A stretch of DNA of 46,024 nt from Chloroflexota bacterium (GTDB lineage Bacteria; Chloroflexota; Dehalococcoidia; UBA2979): the NCBI GenBank assembly GCA_016866055.1, contig VGNK01000001.1, positions 1 to 46,024 on the forward strand. The letters are read 5' to 3'. Positions 44,091 to 46,024 of this stretch are shown here, piece after piece; position 1 is the stretch's first letter; every line of letters begins with the position of its first letter. The translations under genes and the position numbers were made by a program. The notes below the pieces were generated by a model, which saw only the letters and a list, made by a program, of their open reading frames with translations, had not been told where the DNA came from and searched no databases.

Positions 44091-45284
44091 ATGGACTGGA
44101 GCGACTCACCCGAGCAGGCGGCCTTCCGGCAGGAGGTCCGCGCGCTGCTCGAGACGAAGCTGCCCGAGCGCTACAAGCGCGGCGAGGGCCCGGGCGAGCG
44201 CACCTGGGAGTTCGACCGGAAGTCCGACGACCCGAAGGCGCGCGAGGCCGCGAACGCCTGGCTCGCCGCGCTCGCCGAGCGGCGGTGGGTCGCCCCGCAG
44301 TGGCCCGCGGAGTACGGCGGAGGCGGGCTCTCCTCGATGGAGCAGTTCATCCTCAACCAGGAGCTCGCGCGCGCCGGCGCGCCCGGCGTCGGCGGCTCGG
44401 GCATAGGGCTGCTCGGCCCCACGCTGATCGTGCACGGCACCGAGGAGCAGAAGGCGAGGTACCTCCCGGCGATCCTCAACGGCGAGACCGCGTGGGCGCA
44501 GGGCTACTCGGAGCCGTCCGCCGGCTCCGACCTTGCCTCGCTGCAGACGCGCGCCGTGCGCGACGGCGACGAGTTCGTGATCAACGGGCAGAAGATCTGG
44601 ACCTCGGGCGCGCACACCGCCGACGCCATCTTTCTGCTCGCGCGCACCGACCCGAGCGCGCCGAAGCACCGCGGCATCTCGTTCCTGCTCGTCGACGACA
44701 TCAAGACTCCCGGGCTCAGCGTGCGTCCGCTGATCGACATGGGAGACCACCACTACTTCAACGAAACCTTCTTCGAGGACGTGCGCATCCCCGCGCGCAA
44801 CCTCGTCGGCGAGGAGAACCGCGGCTGGTACGTCGGCATGACGCTGCTGGACTTCGAGCGCTCGAACATCGGCGGCGCGGTCGGCTCGCGGCGGATGATC
44901 GCGGGGCTGATCGACGACCTCGGCGACGCCGCCGCGGGTGCGACCGCGACGCACGCCGTGCGCGCGGAGATCGCGGACCGCTACATCGAGACCGAGGTGA
45001 TGTTCCAGTTCTCGTTCCGCATCATCTCGATGCAGAACCGCGGGCTCGTGCCGAACTACGAGGCCTCGATGTCGAAGCTCTTCAACTCGGAGATCTCACA
45101 GCGCCTCTCGCTCACCGGGACGCGGGCGTTCGGGCTGCACGCGAACCGCTGGGGCGACGGCTCCGCGGCCTCGCGCTACTCGGACGCCTACGTGCGCGCC
45201 GTGCCGGCGACGATCCGCGGCGGGACCTCGGAGGTGCAGCGCAACGTGATCGCGACGCGTGGCCTCGGGCTGCCGCGCGGATAG
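44091..45284 (+). CDS. acyl-CoA dehydrogenase
   Basis: ATG 44091 with GAAGGAG SD. 'MDWSDSPEQAAFRQEVRALL', 'YGGGGL', 'GYSEPSAGSDLAS', 'INGQKIWTSGA', 'LLDFERSNIGG', C-terminal 'IRGGTSEVQR'. 397 aa. Paralog type of 28212..29441. Confidence 0.9.
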   Translation: MDWSDSPEQAAFRQEVRALLETKLPERYKRGEGPGERTWEFDRKSDDPKAREAANAWLAALAERRWVAPQWPAEYGGGGLSSMEQFILNQELARAGAPGVGGSGIGLLGPTLIVHGTEEQKARYLPAILNGETAWAQGYSEPSAGSDLASLQTRAVRDGDEFVINGQKIWTSGAHTADAIFLLARTDPSAPKHRGISFLLVDDIKTPGLSVRPLIDMGDHHYFNETFFEDVRIPARNLVGEENRGWYVGMTLLDFERSNIGGAVGSRRMIAGLIDDLGDAAAGATATHAVRAEIADRYIETEVMFQFSFRIISMQNRGLVPNYEASMSKLFNSEISQRLSLTGTRAFGLHANRWGDGSAASRYSDAYVRAVPATIRGGTSEVQRNVIATRGLGLPRG

Positions 45285-45476
45285 CGCCGCCGATGTCCAC
45301 AGCCGCGCCGCAGCCGCCGCGCGATCTCGATCGCCAAGTCGCGGCGCTGGCTCGCCGCGGGCGCGTGGTGGTACATCCTGTTCCCCACGACGATGCTGTC
45401 GCTGATCCTGATCTCGCTGAACTTCCTCGCGGACGCCGTCCTCGAGGCGACGAACCCGTACAGCAGGAACCGCTAG
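45285..45476 (+). pseudogene. stub: last ~55 codons of a DppC/OppC-type ABC permease
   Basis: Not in the ORF track (no start codon). The frame opens directly after the TAG at 45282-45284 and reads '...[43 protein letters not shown]', matching the C-terminal 'WW..fPg...l.vl..N.lgD.lrd..dP' signature of these permeases. Confidence 0.6.
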
Positions 45477-46024
45477 CTCCCGGCGCGGCCGGTGGTGTGC
45501 GCGGACTGCGCCTCCACCCAGGCCGCGAGCTCGATGCGGGAGCGCAGCCCGAGCTTGCGCAGCAGGTTGTGCATGTGGGTGGTGGCGGTCCGCCGGCTCA
45601 CCCAGAGCCGGTCCGCGATCTCGGCGTCGGAGAGCCCGCGTGCGGCGAGCTCGGCGACCTGCCGCTCGCGCGGGGTGAGCGCGAGCGCGCGCGACCCGGG
45701 CGACGAGGCCGGTGAGGGCGACTGGGGCGACGGGAGCGACGCCGCGCCGTCGCGCCGCGGGGGCCGGCGGCCCATCGCGCGCAGCGCCGACCGCACGCGC
45801 TCGAGCTGCGGCCCGGCGCCCATCGAGGCGAGCGCGTCGTGGGCGTGATTCCAGCGTCGCACCGCCGCGGTCGCGCGCCCGGCGCGCTGGAGCGCGAGCG
45901 CTTCGTGCTGCGCGACGAGCGCGGCGCGGTACGAGAAGCCGAGCCGGGCGAGCGCGCGCCGCGCCGCGCGCAGCCGCACCGCCGCGACGCTCGGGTCGCC
46001 CCCGGCGAGCGCCGCGAGCCCGTC
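45473..46024 (-). CDS. LuxR-family transcriptional regulator, C-terminal part (5' end beyond the window)
   Basis: '[52 protein letters not shown]' is a LuxR/GerE HTH. The frame stays open to the window edge, and the preceding helical Ala/Leu-rich region resembles the tail of large ATPase/TPR LuxR regulators. Confidence 0.8.
   Translation of the reverse strand, partial: DGLAALAGGDPSVAAVRLRAARRALARLGFSYRAALVAQHEALALQRAGRATAAVRRWNHAHDALASMGAGPQLERVRSALRAMGRRPPRRDGAASLPSPQSPSPASSPGSRALALTPRERQVAELAARGLSDAEIADRLWVSRRTATTHMHNLLRKLGLRSRIELAAWVEAQSAHTTGRAGS

Noticed and set aside
1-46024. tRNA, rRNA, transposase, integrase, phage, toxin-antitoxin or defence-system genes
   Set aside because: I found no T-loop/acceptor-like RNA signatures and no ORFs with motifs of these families. 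The GIY-YIG-fold ORF stands alone, with no partner genes suggestive of a defence system.

Overview
Very GC-rich (by eye well above 70 % G+C, GC3 near saturation) bacterial chromosomal segment, genes tightly packed on both strands. Acyl-CoA chemistry dominates: 6 family III (CaiB/BaiF/Frc-type) CoA-transferases, 4 acyl-CoA dehydrogenases, 5 crotonase-fold enoyl-CoA hydratases, a thiolase-fold/DUF35 pair, a carboxyltransferase and a methylmalonyl-CoA-epimerase-like VOC protein. Also present: 2 luciferase-like oxidoreductases, a nitroreductase, an FNR-like reductase, an Fe-ADH, a ferredoxin, phosphotriesterase-family and PHP hydrolases, a cysteine-synthase-family enzyme, 4 MFS transporters and a partial LuxR-type regulator. 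I recognised no rRNA, tRNA, CRISPR array, transposase, integrase or phage gene. Among about 35 intact genes sit at least eight decayed genes (frameshifted, truncated or reduced to stubs), none in CoA metabolism: a peptide-type ABC importer (binding protein, two permeases, a permease tail), two large secreted-protein remnants, a BNR-repeat protein and a histidine kinase. Most long track ORFs overlapping the called genes are antisense or out-of-frame artefacts of GC content. I found no convincing defence-like or self-evidently new multi-gene system. Most worth follow-up: (i) a dehydrogenase-less beta-oxidation-like module with an apparently Cys-less thiolase-fold/DUF35 pair; (ii) a stand-alone GIY-YIG-fold ORF translationally coupled inside that operon; (iii) an A/B tandem of CoA-transferase genes present twice; (iv) the strongly non-random gene decay; (v) a nested-palindrome repeat element at 16.6-16.75 kb. 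All functional calls rest on motif recognition by eye; no database search was possible.
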